DNA of 64,000 nt from Nemertoderma westbladi (taxonomy: Eukaryota > Animalia > Xenacoelomorpha), in the NCBI GenBank assembly GCA_032718475.1, contig JAUCBJ010007449.1, forward strand, positions 18,181-82,180, written 5' to 3'. Below the pieces are notes generated by a model, which was not told the DNA's origin, searched no databases, and saw only the letters and a program-made list of their open reading frames with translations. Both the position numbers and the translations under genes were made by a program. Each line of letters starts with the position of its first letter. Positions within the stretch are counted from its first letter, which is position 1. Positions 38,736 through 51,484 of this stretch are shown piece after piece.

Positions 38736-39188
38736 ATGGATATTTTAAATGAAAAATGTCCAGTTTGCTATTCTAAGTTATTGCAACAACATCGAGATTA
38801 TTATAAATGTGAAAATAAACATGCAACTTGCGTACAATGTATTGTACAATATTCCGAAATGAATAATTATTGTTCTAAAATTTGTCCTATTTGTCGCGCA
38901 CCCATATCTAAGTTTAATATAAAGTTGGCAAGTTATCAACCCTATTATTGGAAAGAGCTTCGCAATATAACTTATATTTCTGCGGAAAGTAATGATCCGG
39001 GAGATTTATTTACAATATTGGAGAATATTTTTTATAGAAATGTAGTACGACGGTGTTGCTACTATATTCCTTATTTTTTTAGCAGCGAACATAAAAAAAT
39101 CATTAGTGCGAAATTCTCGGGAAGTGATTTCCAAACCGCCGATGTTACCTATCATTATTTCGCGTATAAAGATGCTCACCATGCTTGA
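38736..39188 (+). CDS. RING-finger (C3HC4-type) protein, putative E3 ubiquitin ligase
   Basis: CPVC-x13-CENKH-x2-CVQC-x14-CPICR spacing. Confidence 0.8.
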   Translation: MDILNEKCPVCYSKLLQQHRDYYKCENKHATCVQCIVQYSEMNNYCSKICPICRAPISKFNIKLASYQPYYWKELRNITYISAESNDPGDLFTILENIFYRNVVRRCCYYIPYFFSSEHKKIISAKFSGSDFQTADVTYHYFAYKDAHHA

Positions 39189-39405
39189 AATTACATCAGT
39201 CTATACTATAATTGGAAATAGCACCTTTTGTTGCAGCGAGCGTCACATACTGTAGTTGTGTCATATGTTAATTAAATATACAGTACTCTAATGTTGTAGT
39301 TGCCTCAATTATTGTTATATACATAGTAATGGTGATGGTTTATTGATATTGATATTGATATTTATATTATATTGTATTGTTTATATATCTTAATAATAAT
39401 AATAA

Positions 39406-40086
39406 ATGGCTGACTTTAATTCAGGTCCATATAATTTAAACTTTCAAATGGGAACGAGTATGATAATTTCTGGGCCATCTGGTTCTGGAAAGTCAACGTT
39501 TGTCAGTAATTTAATTAAACACAAGAATGGTTGTTTCAACGAAGCCCCCTTGCGAGTATTGTATTGTTACGGGAGCAATCCCCCGACTATTCCCGGTATT
39601 ACTCACCTTTACAAAGTTTTGCCTGAAAATATAGATAGTTTAGTGAATAGTCGAGATTTATTAATTATAGATGATTTATTAACAGAAACTGAGTCCAGTA
39701 CAGCTTTAACTGTATTGTTTACTAAGGTAGCTCATTATTCCAATATATTTATTTGTTTTATAACGCAAAACATGTTTTATGGTGGGAAGCATAACCGCAC
39801 AAGATCAATTAATAGCCATACTTTAGTATTAATGAAAAATCCGCGAGACAGTTTATCAGTTTTAAAATTCGCGAAGCAGATGTTACCAGGGCAGACCAAA
39901 TTTTTAGTTGATTCCTATCAAGATGCGACAATTGAACCATTTTCACATTTCTTAATTGATTTACGACAGGAAACACCCGAACATTTAAGATTTAGATCGG
40001 ATATATTTCGTAATCATAATTGTTACATTAAAAATTACATTGACTATAAACGTAGCGAAAATAATAATAATAATAATAATAAATAA
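39406..40086 (+). CDS. A32/FtsK-like DNA packaging ATPase
   Basis: Walker A GPSGSGKS, Walker B LLIIDDL, ITQN, and the KNPRD motif typical of Polinton ATPases. Confidence 0.95.
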   Translation: MADFNSGPYNLNFQMGTSMIISGPSGSGKSTFVSNLIKHKNGCFNEAPLRVLYCYGSNPPTIPGITHLYKVLPENIDSLVNSRDLLIIDDLLTETESSTALTVLFTKVAHYSNIFICFITQNMFYGGKHNRTRSINSHTLVLMKNPRDSLSVLKFAKQMLPGQTKFLVDSYQDATIEPFSHFLIDLRQETPEHLRFRSDIFRNHNCYIKNYIDYKRSENNNNNNNK

Positions 40087-40123
40087 TTAATATTTTGTAA
40101 CAATTTTCAATAATGTTGCAACA

Positions 40124-40507
40124 ATGAATAGACTTGTGCAGAAATATCGTAACGAACTGGAATTTCTACGCAGCGCTACCCCTCAACAAAGAACTTATTT
40201 TATTAATCATACCGCGAGTAACGAATTAATACGGCTCATTGTAAATACTGCATTAAATGTTCTAAAAGGTAACGTACAATTAACCCCTCATTCATTTAGA
40301 AATATTCGCCGCTATAAGAAGGTATTGAAATCTCTCAACCGTAAAACAAAAAATATATCAAGTTACAGAAAAAAGTTAAGCAATCAATCTGGAGGTATAC
40401 TACCGTTTCTAATACCCTTACTCGGCATTGGTGCGAAACTCGCCGCGAGTGCCGGTGCCGCCGCCGCTGGAGCAGCTATTGCGAAAAAAATTAACCGCGG
40501 ACGGTAA
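40124..40507 (+). CDS. Conserved small basic Polinton virion-precursor protein with protease site and amphipathic tail
   Basis: ALNVLKGNV motif, basic middle region, then QSGG|ILPFLIPLL (adenain-type site followed by a hydrophobic helix). Confidence 0.75.
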   Translation: MNRLVQKYRNELEFLRSATPQQRTYFINHTASNELIRLIVNTALNVLKGNVQLTPHSFRNIRRYKKVLKSLNRKTKNISSYRKKLSNQSGGILPFLIPLLGIGAKLAASAGAAAAGAAIAKKINRGR

Positions 40508-40509
40508 CA

Positions 40510-40680
40510 ATGGTTAAAACAGGAGTAACATTTAGAAAATTATATTTAGTATCGAGTAAACCGTTAGCTACTGATTTAAAACCACAAGATATACCTAGAG
40601 TAAATACTACAAAAAGAAAACCCTTTAAAACATCAACTTCAAAGAAAATAATTAAAAAATTTCAGTTGTTCTTACGGTGA
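40510..40680 (+). CDS. Small basic Polinton ORF (56 aa; below the ORF-track cutoff)
   Basis: ATG two bases after the previous stop; reads MVKTGVTFRKLYLV...FQLFLR*. Confidence 0.4.
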   Translation: MVKTGVTFRKLYLVSSKPLATDLKPQDIPRVNTTKRKPFKTSTSKKIIKKFQLFLR

Positions 40681-40731
40681 TGCCCTTTATAAGAGATTTG
40701 AATATACATATTACTTGCGGTTGTCGAAAAG

Positions 40732-42251
<1,520 letters not shown>

Positions 42252-42512
42252 GCTTAGGTTTATACTGTATATTAATTCATTTTGGTCGCATATGACTGTA
42301 ATTAATCAATATTAACTCGAATGATATTACTATATCTATAGTTCATCCGTTTTAAATAAAGCCAATAAAATATTGATCCCGCGCATATACTGGAGAAGAT
42401 GCGACAATGAACGTGGTCACAGATGTCTATAATTTAACATTATACTGTACTGTATGTACAATGGAGTCAAGTAGAGAGAGAGAGAGCTTAAATAATAATA
42501 ATAATAATAATA

Positions 42513-43385
42513 ATGGCCACAGATACATATATCACTCTACTTTCAGATAGCTCATTAAACACTTACCCCAATAATAATCCTAGCGAGTTTACTGTTGATT
42601 TAGCCGAAGAATTATATATTGGTCCAAACGCTAAAATTGGGCTTGCCGAGCTACAATACCAAGCAACATACAATAATATTACACTGCAAACTCAAATCTC
42701 GCTGTCAATCGGGGTAGATGCAAAAGATGCCAAATTATATAGTTTATTTCCTGGTATGCATAGCTCTATTCAAGTGATTATTGATGATATAAATAAACTG
42801 TTTAATTCTGAAGCGAAATATAGAGATTTCGAATTCATTTTTAATACAAATAATTCTAGAATTAAATTTAAATTTCCTAAAAAGTTGAAAAAAATACAAT
42901 TAAGTCTACGTGGTGATTTAATACAAATTCTAGGCTTAAAACCGTTATTGGATCGGAATCATCCTGGTATTCCGAATTGGGATATATACAGTACCACTAC
43001 AGTAGATGAATTAAGCAATATAGAACAGCCGATATTAATTTTAAATTATAGCGGACCAAAAATTTCGGAAATTGGCATTTTAGATTTTCCAGCTCCCACG
43101 AATATAACACGTAATAAAGACACTATCTTTATATATACAGATATTATTAAGAGCTCATTTGTTGGTGACGCTTTAGCACCGCTCTTAAGAACCTGCCCTT
43201 TAACGCAATTAAATCGAAAATATATTAATCACGAATACGAGAGCATTTGCTATTTCCCATTGTTGAATAAAAAACTAAAAACAATCTTAATTACTTTACG
43301 TGACGGACAAGGCGAATTAATTAATTTTAGCGGAGGTCGCACTGTTATAACACTTAAGTTAATACGGGGTGGCAGTGATGGATGA
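42513..43385 (+). CDS. Minor capsid (penton-like, PX) protein 1
   Basis: YITLLSDSS..YPNN..F.V.L, IGLAEL, FIYTDII..VGD..APLLR, I.LRD..G..I.F..G motifs. Confidence 0.85.
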   Translation: MATDTYITLLSDSSLNTYPNNNPSEFTVDLAEELYIGPNAKIGLAELQYQATYNNITLQTQISLSIGVDAKDAKLYSLFPGMHSSIQVIIDDINKLFNSEAKYRDFEFIFNTNNSRIKFKFPKKLKKIQLSLRGDLIQILGLKPLLDRNHPGIPNWDIYSTTTVDELSNIEQPILILNYSGPKISEIGILDFPAPTNITRNKDTIFIYTDIIKSSFVGDALAPLLRTCPLTQLNRKYINHEYESICYFPLLNKKLKTILITLRDGQGELINFSGGRTVITLKLIRGGSDG

Positions 43386-44223
43386 ATTCTACGTAAGACT
43401 ACCAAGTAACTCCTGTCCAATTGATTTTCCCCGCAATAGCGCTAGTAATTATCAGATCAATTTCCATGGCGCCTTACCTATAAACCCAAACGAAAACTGG
43501 GTGGTAGGTATAAAAAGTATATTTTACTTAGCTACGTTGCCGTCCATGTATAACAATGTAGAGAATGTTATTTTATTAAAAAAAGGAAAAAAAAATTTTG
43601 AGGATACACTTCCATCCGGTTTGTTCTACAGTATCAATGACATTATAGATTATTTTAACACGGGGGCGTTGAAAGATAAATTACAAATAGTTGAAAATAC
43701 TCAACAAAATAGGTTGCAATTTAGTTTAGGGAAAACTGTGCGAGAGTTATTTATAGGTCAACAATTAGCCTATTATTTTGGAATTACTGAAAATAATCTC
43801 GGCGCGAATTTAAATCCAAATTTTAAAATTATTTTGAAGACGAAAAATAATATAAAGGGTTATTTAATAAAGGTTATCGGAAATGGAGAAAAAGCTTACC
43901 AGATGGTATTTTTATGCCCTCAACCACCCAATTCTATTCCAGAACCTAAGTCGAACATGTACGTGACTACTAATATAATTGAAAATCAATATATTAATGA
44001 CTTTGGTTTAGCTTTACTTCGTCGTGTTGCGATACCTGATGACGTGAAATATGGTAGCGTAATAAATAAAGAATTTGTCAAGGATACAATTCATTATATC
44101 CCTGTAAAAAAATCATATAAGATAACATACATTCATATTGAAATAACAGACAAAGAAGGAAAAGATTTGAATTTTGAATACGGGACAACATCTATTACAT
44201 TACACTTTAAACGAATAAATTAA
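43378..44223 (+). CDS. Minor capsid (penton-like, PX) protein 2
   Basis: FYVRLPSNS..FP.N, WVVGI, YVTTNII..Q.IND..ALLR, I.ITD..G..L.F..G..ITLHFKR. ATG at 43378 overlaps the first copy's stop. Confidence 0.85.
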   Translation: MDEFYVRLPSNSCPIDFPRNSASNYQINFHGALPINPNENWVVGIKSIFYLATLPSMYNNVENVILLKKGKKNFEDTLPSGLFYSINDIIDYFNTGALKDKLQIVENTQQNRLQFSLGKTVRELFIGQQLAYYFGITENNLGANLNPNFKIILKTKNNIKGYLIKVIGNGEKAYQMVFLCPQPPNSIPEPKSNMYVTTNIIENQYINDFGLALLRRVAIPDDVKYGSVINKEFVKDTIHYIPVKKSYKITYIHIEITDKEGKDLNFEYGTTSITLHFKRIN

Positions 44224-44224
44224 A

Positions 44225-44788
44225 ATGGATTCTGATTTATTTCAAAGATACAGTAAACCTCAATATGGTGGTGCAGACTCGAATCTTGCTGTTTTTAAAG
44301 GTGGTAGAAGTACGAGAGGTTCGACGCAAGTTCCTGTTTTTCGAGGTGGTTCATATATTGACCCTTACGGTCAACAAATTGGCACATTTGGTCCAAACTT
44401 AAAACAACGTCGTTTTCAGCATTATCGTAGAGGTATGCGGGCAAATCAACACGGAGAAGGTATATTTACAGACGCTTTATCGACATTGAAAAAATTTGGT
44501 AAGCCATTAGCTAAAAAAGTTTTACAGAAAGCTTTACCATTTACCACAAAATTTATGAGACAACACGTAATACCAAAAGGTAAGCGGGTCTTACATCAGC
44601 AGGCTAATACGGTTATTAATAAAGCATTAAATAAAATGAAACCGTCAACAAGGTCAGTTGTAGAAAAAGTTTATAGAGATTTAAAGCGACCCGCTAGACC
44701 AATGTCTATGAACATACATCATCGACGTAGTAATAAATATAGAAAAATAAAAGGCAAACTGAAACACTGCGAAAAAAGTATTTTTTAA
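44225..44788 (+). CDS. Basic core/membrane-penetration precursor with repeated protease sites
   Basis: QYGG, FKGG, FRGG and QHGEG|IF adenain-like sites, followed by the amphipathic helix DALSTLKKFGKPLAKKVL; K/R-rich. Sits immediately before the MCP. Confidence 0.7.
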   Translation: MDSDLFQRYSKPQYGGADSNLAVFKGGRSTRGSTQVPVFRGGSYIDPYGQQIGTFGPNLKQRRFQHYRRGMRANQHGEGIFTDALSTLKKFGKPLAKKVLQKALPFTTKFMRQHVIPKGKRVLHQQANTVINKALNKMKPSTRSVVEKVYRDLKRPARPMSMNIHHRRSNKYRKIKGKLKHCEKSIF

Positions 44789-44790
44789 TA

Positions 44791-46050
44791 ATGTCAATTA
44801 TTAAGGAATTAGATTTATTTTCTACACAGCCAATACAGACTGAATTTAAAGCAAAGCATTATGAAACAATTTACCCCGTATCTAATCTCAGAAGTGAGTC
44901 TAGGGAAGTCACGTTCCTTGTACCGAGATCCAATGAATTCTATACGAAACTGCAAGATGCGTTATTAATTACAAAATGTACTATACGATGGGATAGACGA
45001 CTTGAAAACTCCCATATATATATGCTGAATTACCCCGCTGAAACTATGTGGAGTGATATTAAAATAGACCTTAATGAGAAGCAGGTTGAAAATAGCAATA
45101 ACCATTATTTCTACAAGTCGTACTTATCCAATTTATTATTTACAACTTACGAGGATAAAAATGGGCTACTGGGTGCGGGTGGCTTTCATCAACCTTTATC
45201 TGAGCACGGAAATGAAATTGACCCCGGCGCGCATCCTATTGGCGATGCCTTTAGTAAACAAATGCAATTTGTAAGTGGATTGACGATTGATTTTGATACT
45301 GAAAGCAAAATAATACAACCCGGGTATGATTTAAGAATGCATTTTAGAAAAGTATCAAATTCGTTTATTTTTAAAATCACTCCAAACGCAAATGCGGTGA
45401 CAAATCTTCGGCTAGAATTAGATGAAATAAAGATCCTAATCCCTAGAATGGAGGTTAATCCTGTAATAGAAAGCAGTCACCTAAAAGGTTTAGAGAGTTA
45501 CGATATTGAATATCAATTTCAAAAAAAGGAGGTTACAACATTTACTATTCCCGCTCAAACCACAAATTACACCCAAACAAACATATTTGATGGTAAAAAA
45601 CCCAAATTAGTTATTATCGGCTTCATAACAAATAACGCTTATTCGGGAGAATTAATTAGCAATCCCTTGAAATTTGAACATTTTAACCTTAGACGCGCGG
45701 AACTGATTGTAGACGGTCTTCCAGTAGGTGGTGTAATATACGAGCCTAATTTTACAGATGGAACATATATTTTTGAGTATACTCAATTAATGAAGAACAT
45801 TAATACATATATTAACGGTTATGGGGGTAATAATATAGACCATGAAACCTACTTAGGTAATTGCCCCATCCTATCCTGGGACTTAACCGCCGAGGGCTAT
45901 GTTAGAGATCCACAACCGTCGATATATACTAACGGCCAATTAAAATTAAGATTTGCCGAACCGTTGGTTGAAACCATAAATGTAATCGTTTTTAATATTT
46001 ATGATCAATCATTAAGTTTAAATAGCAGGAAAGAAATACATATCGATTAA
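44791..46050 (+). CDS. Major capsid protein (double jelly-roll, PY/hexon-like)
   Basis: ELDLFS..PIQT N-terminus, YKSYL..LL, P..VIIGF...AYSG..SNP..F.HF, WDLT, L.L.FA..L motifs; 419 aa. Confidence 0.92.
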   Translation: MSIIKELDLFSTQPIQTEFKAKHYETIYPVSNLRSESREVTFLVPRSNEFYTKLQDALLITKCTIRWDRRLENSHIYMLNYPAETMWSDIKIDLNEKQVENSNNHYFYKSYLSNLLFTTYEDKNGLLGAGGFHQPLSEHGNEIDPGAHPIGDAFSKQMQFVSGLTIDFDTESKIIQPGYDLRMHFRKVSNSFIFKITPNANAVTNLRLELDEIKILIPRMEVNPVIESSHLKGLESYDIEYQFQKKEVTTFTIPAQTTNYTQTNIFDGKKPKLVIIGFITNNAYSGELISNPLKFEHFNLRRAELIVDGLPVGGVIYEPNFTDGTYIFEYTQLMKNINTYINGYGGNNIDHETYLGNCPILSWDLTAEGYVRDPQPSIYTNGQLKLRFAEPLVETINVIVFNIYDQSLSLNSRKEIHID

Positions 46051-46052
46051 GT

Positions 46053-46505
46053 ATGTTATCTACAGAGGACCTTGATATGTTTCCAGTGGGTGGTCATTAT
46101 TTGGGAGCGTTTCCAGCTAATAAATTACCTAAATTAGATAATAATAAGCGAAGAGATTATGGGTTAATAGTAAATACCGATAAAGAGCATCTACCCGGGA
46201 TTCATTGGATCACGATATTTATACGAGATAATGAGGCTGAATTATTTGATTCATTCGGATCAAAATATCCAAACAGATGCATCGAAAAATGGCTTGAGAA
46301 AAATTCCGTAAGGTGGCGTACTACTCGCAAACAATTTCAAGACCCAAGGAGGACCACATGCGGTCTATACTGTCTTTATTATTTGGTAAATCGAATTCAC
46401 ACAAACTATCCAATGAGTGCGTTTACAAATAATGTGGAAATAAATGAAATAATATTATATAAATGGCTTGTTAATTATTATAAAATAAACCAACAAGCGT
46501 TGTAA
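46053..46505 (+). CDS. Adenain-like cysteine maturation protease
   Basis: IVNTD..PGIHW, FDSFG, Q..TCGLYC (His-Asp-Cys triad). Confidence 0.95.
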   Translation: MLSTEDLDMFPVGGHYLGAFPANKLPKLDNNKRRDYGLIVNTDKEHLPGIHWITIFIRDNEAELFDSFGSKYPNRCIEKWLEKNSVRWRTTRKQFQDPRRTTCGLYCLYYLVNRIHTNYPMSAFTNNVEINEIILYKWLVNYYKINQQAL

Positions 46506-46536
46506 TTAATCATTTAACTTTTGTTTATCAGATAAA

Positions 46537-47140
46537 ATGGATAATATTATTTTTGTTGATTTTCAATATTATAAGATAGACAATAAAGAGTATCCGGTAG
46601 TATTTAAAGAATTTGCTATATTCGATTCTAATTACACCAAAACTAATGTAAAGACGTTTTTAATTAAAGGCCCGTCTAATATTAAGTTATCAGCTTTAGA
46701 TGTAGCTCACGTAAACAATTTACGAGACATGACTTCTCATTTGCCTTGGGACTACGGTGACATTTCGCAAGATGAGTTTAAAAAATATATGAAGAGACAT
46801 TTAAAATATAAAAAAAAATATATATGTATTTGGGTTGATGAAGCGGGCAATATTAAACACCCAACTCGATGTTCTCGCACCAAATTCGGTGGAGAAATTG
46901 GGAATATATAAGCAATATCACGATTATTTAACCCCCTGTCGCTTCCACGATCAATTTACTACAGTAGAAAATAAATGTGCGTTCCACTTAAACACAAAGG
47001 ATAACTGTCTGCGGTATTGCTCAGCAAAACGCGTTGGGGGGTATGAGATGCTACACTTTTTCATGAGAAAGCGTTTAACTGCGACTGATGATGATAAACA
47101 GAAAGAAATAACTGCGGTGGAAGATGTACTCATACTGTAG
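46537..47140 (+). pseudogene. DEDD/DnaQ-like exonuclease-fold protein with Cys/His C-terminus, frameshifted
   Basis: IIFVDFQ..KEFAI, LPWDYGD, then IYVFGLMK after a frameshift at the poly-A ~46810, then CRFH..CAFH..CS. Confidence 0.55.
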
Positions 47141-47729
47141 GTTTAACTGAGGTGGAAGATGTACTCTTACAGTAGGTTTACTCTAAGCTTGTAATGTGAT
47201 GGGATAATATATTTGTTTTAATGTCAATAAAAAATAATAAAAACATTAAAATCTTTTTTTATATCGCTGTTTACACTCACAAACACAACACACCTACCGG
47301 TAGCCGACTGTTGTATCAGAGTTTAACTACCAGTAGCTAGCTGACTTTACACATACAGACATATAGAATGGCAGAATGGCGCCCTTCTAGACTGTCAGCA
47401 ACCACAAGGCTTTAGCACAAGGCTTACTAAATTAACTCAACATGGAGGGTTCGTGAATGCTGCATTAGAGAGGCCCTCCTAACAATAGGCCTACTGGTAC
47501 CGAGGGCTCTGTAGCCCAGTACTTGAGGATAGAGCAAGGGCATACCGCTTTCTTTGATTTAAGGATTACACTATTACACTTGAATGCTTCCAATTTTCTG
47601 TTTACAACTTTAATTGGTCTAATCTACATTACTGCGGGCGGGCTACTACTGTCGCATAGGTAAGCCTATACAGCTATAGTTAACTTTATGCGGGGCCCTT
47701 TTTCGAATGTTGACCCAATATGGTTTATG

Positions 47730-48092
47730 GTTAACCTTTAGTACTCGTGGATAGGTAAGGTACACTTTCATTCGGTTAGGCATATAGGCCTAATGACTTA
47801 CTCCTCAACTGAAAGTTGACTAGCTCATTGATACAATAGGTGTGGTTAGGTACCGGTAGCGCTATAGGTCCTATAAAATCCCCTCGCACTCTCTGTTACT
47901 AACTTTCTACATTCACTCTATGTTGTATGCTTCTTTACAGTTAACCTTTAGAACTCTTGGTTAGGGGCGCCATCATTCAACCAGTCATATAATGGCTCCA
48001 CTCGGATACAATAGGTGTGGCTTGCGGTATACCTAACTAAGCCTATATAAAATCCACCCCATTCTCTGTTACTAATATTCACTCTATGTTGA
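47730..48092 (+). repeat. Diverged tandem duplication (~190-210 bp) in the Polinton convergence region
   Basis: GTTAACCTTTAG, GATACAATAGGTGTGG, CTCTGTTACTAA and ATTCACTCTATGTTG each occur twice in the same order. Confidence 0.7.
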
Positions 48093-48248
48093 CGGAGGGA
48101 CTATATAAAACATAGTTAATTTATTTATGTATTCGCTTTTTTTTAAATTATATATAAAATAGATTCAGGCTACTAAGTTTTATAAGCAACAATAACTGAT
48201 AACAATAACAACAACAACAACACTAAATTTATTACTGTATTATACTTT

Positions 48249-48653
48249 TTATAGTCCTATATGTGGGTCCCTCTGTAGAGTTTCCTCCATTGCCGGTACC
48301 TGTAAATGGTTGTTTATAGGCCTAACTTCTACCGGTCTTTGTGTTGGTATATTGAAGTGAAGCGTGTCATCAACATCATTCTCCCAATTTTTGCTAGAGG
48401 GTGAGCTTCCCGATATTTGCGGTTGTATCTTTATAACAAGAGAGAAATCTTTTGAAATTTCAACCTTTGTAGGCGATAAAGGTAGACCTACTCCATATTC
48501 TACCGAAGTAAACCCAATCTCAAATTTTTTGTTTATATATCGCAACTCCATCTCAGCAATATTGGATGCTGCGAGATATGTTTCGTCGCTTGATTGTAAT
48601 TCGATTTTGATACAACTTTTCAACTCACGGTTATTGAAAAAGGCGAATGTCAT
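48249..48653 (-). CDS. Polinton hypothetical protein (134 aa)
   Basis: ATG-initiated ORF in the minus-strand block; no motif recognised. Confidence 0.4.
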   Translation of the reverse strand: MTFAFFNNRELKSCIKIELQSSDETYLAASNIAEMELRYINKKFEIGFTSVEYGVGLPLSPTKVEISKDFSLVIKIQPQISGSSPSSKNWENDVDDTLHFNIPTQRPVEVRPINNHLQVPAMEETLQRDPHIGL

Positions 48654-49342
48654 CTTCGAGTTGAGGTAAGTTGTCGTCGTCGTCGTAACTAGGTACCGGA
48701 AAGAATATCTTTAAATTGAATAGGTAGGCCTACTGATATTTTTTTTTCTTCTTTTGTTTAACAAAATTATAGTTCACTGTCAGAAAAATTGAGTTTATAT
48801 ATATTTTTGTAGAGGGTCGCAGATGTGTACATTACAAAATTCTCATAGTTAACAAAATGCACAACATAAACCTTTCCCATGCGGATTAGCGATATATGCT
48901 CTGGTCGTTGTTCTATTCTGAATGTAGGGAGATGCATAGCCAATGTTTTAATGATATGTACCTGTATACAGACTAGTAACAGGTAGGAGGGCATCGTCTT
49001 TGACTATGAATACCAGCACATAGCCCTAATCTTTTCTCACCGAGCTTAGCGTTGCCCACCGCACTCACGCACACTCATAAGTAACAGATGCACTATTGTA
49101 ACTCACTCATGAGCAACAATGCCAAGTTAGCTAGCTAGCTAGCTACAGCCCCTGAGTATACTATGCCTACTTGAGTGTTACAAGCAGCAATCGCTCTACC
49201 GAAGTTAATTTCCCCTCAAACTAGTTGTTGATTTTAAAAAAAAAATATTCATAATTTTTTTCCAACCAATTTAATATATATATATTTTACAGTAAAAATC
49301 TCCACCGCCAAACAGCAACAACAACAATAAATTTCACTCACA

Positions 49343-51484
49343 CTAATTATATTTTACAACAAAAACCCTCGCCCCAATCAATAATAAATTATTAACCAGT
49401 TTGATGAATATAGGGTAATATATATGAAATTTAAACGGGGAACACATTAACCCTATTAAACCCGGGGGGGGGGGGTCAATATGACCCCGCCCGTGGTTTT
49501 TTTATTATAATTCTGAAACAAAAGCAGTTGGGAATCTGAAATTTTATGACTTTTCCTAAAAATCTATTGTCTTCCTAGTAGTGAAAACCGTTTTCAAAAA
49601 TATTGGGTACTTTTCGAGTTATAGCACCATTTTTTAACCCTACTTTTGGCACTTTTTTTGAGACGTATTTTGAAAATTACATTTCATTAAATATGAATTG
49701 TAACATCTCTATTTTTGATTTACACCGGTTTTTTGGTGTTAGAAATTTGATAGAATTCATATAAATTGATTTAGAAATTTCAAACTTGTTTTTTTCGGTG
49801 GGTGCCAAATTTTGGTGCCAGCACCAAATTTCGAAATAAGTCAATTTTGTAAATTGATCGTTTGAAACTTGTTTTTTACGCAATTGGGGTTTTTTGGGTT
49901 TCTGGATTCGATGAAATATATACGAGTTGCACCAAGCGTATCAAACTTGTATTATTCTGTGCTGTGTGCAAATTTTGGTGCTAGCACGAAATTTTGAAAA
50001 TCCATTCAATAGATAAAATTGCTTGTGACAATTTATTTCTTGCGTTTTAGAGGTTTATGGCTGTTCTGAATTTAATGGAAAATATAATTATCGATCTAGA
50101 CATCTCAAACTTGTATTTTTCGGATGTGGGTGCAAAATTTGGTGCTAGCACCAAATTTTGAAAACCATCAAATATATCAATTGATTGTGTCACCTTGTTT
50201 CTTGCGTTATACGGGTTTGTGATGGTTCTGAATTCAATGGAATCAGTAAAAATTTCATAAGAGTTCTCAAACTTGTATTTTTCGCCGGTGGGTGAAAATT
50301 GTTGTGCCAGCACCAAATTTTGGAAAATATGCAAATTGATAAGTAGATAGTATCACCTTGTTTCTTGCGTTATACGGGTTTATGAGGGTCCTGAATCCGA
50401 TGGAATCAATAAAAACAGCACTGGACATCGCAAACTTGTACTTTTTGGTGATGGGTACGAAATTTGGTGCTAGCACCAAAATTTGCCAAATTACGCCGAA
50501 AAATACAAGTAGCAATGATCTGGCATATTAGAAATGTATTCCATTAGAATCAGCGCCCTCGAAAACCTGAAAATGTGAATTTATAGCATCGTATAAGTGA
50601 ATTACAAATTTTGTGTTCTAACTGAAAAGTGCTGGTTACTTGTTTTTTTCATTTTTTTCCTACGCAGAGAGGACTAAACAGCCATTTATAGTAATCATAT
50701 CATTTTTTAATGTTTTCCAATGTATTTTGCACCCCAGAAAACCTGTATTGAAAAATAATTAGCCGAATATGTAACTTTCAAATTTGGTGAAAATTGTGCA
50801 CTACTTGTAATTTTGGTGCTGCAATATAACCACCCCAGTACATTTTTTCGAAAATTTTTTTTTTCGGTCGGATCCAGACAAGTGATACCTACGTACAAAC
50901 AAAAAATCAGACGTTTTCGTAAATATTTGTAGATTTTAGAGGGGGGGGTCAATATGACCCCTCCCCGGTATAGCCGGTATATATATTTTATAGCCCGGTA
51001 CTAATAGGGTTAATGTACATTTACCAGTGTAGAAACAGCAAACAACAACATTATTATTTATTCTGACTTTACAGTTATTGAATATTTCAGGTTCATATAT
51101 AACTTGAAGTAGCACATTATCAAAGACAACATAAAACCCGGTATTGTTTATCAATAACCTATAGACTACAGACTTACTACTAAAAATATAAGTACATAAA
51201 TTAACAGATTTTAAAATCAAATTAATACTAGTTTTATCAAATATATGCTTTTTTACTTTTTGGAAATTATACTTACTGCCTAATAATGTAATACGACCAT
51301 TTTTAAATATTAATAATGTAGCACCAAATATCTTATATATAAACTGATTTGGTTTGAGTATGTGTTTACCAGATAATTGATTTTTTAATTCTTTAAAATT
51401 AATCGCTAACACTTGCTGGCAACTTATATTTTTATTTACTATTTGATAATTCATCATCAATACCATCGTCTTTTGGTTCTTCAT
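49343..51484 (-). pseudogene. TATA-box-binding-protein-like gene (~192 aa when rejoined), split by MITE copy 3
   Basis: Two TBP-like half repeats: IVNKN..ATLLIFKNGRITLLGSK and YEPEIF..VCCFYTGKCTL. After removing the MITE and one TTAA, the frame continues MCSPFK.. to a TAG at 49345-49343. Confidence 0.75.
49451..51009. mobile_element. piggyBac-type MITE, copy 3 (inserted in the Polinton)
   Basis: TTAA TSD at 49447-49450 and 51010-51013; near-identical to copy 2. Confidence 0.93.
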
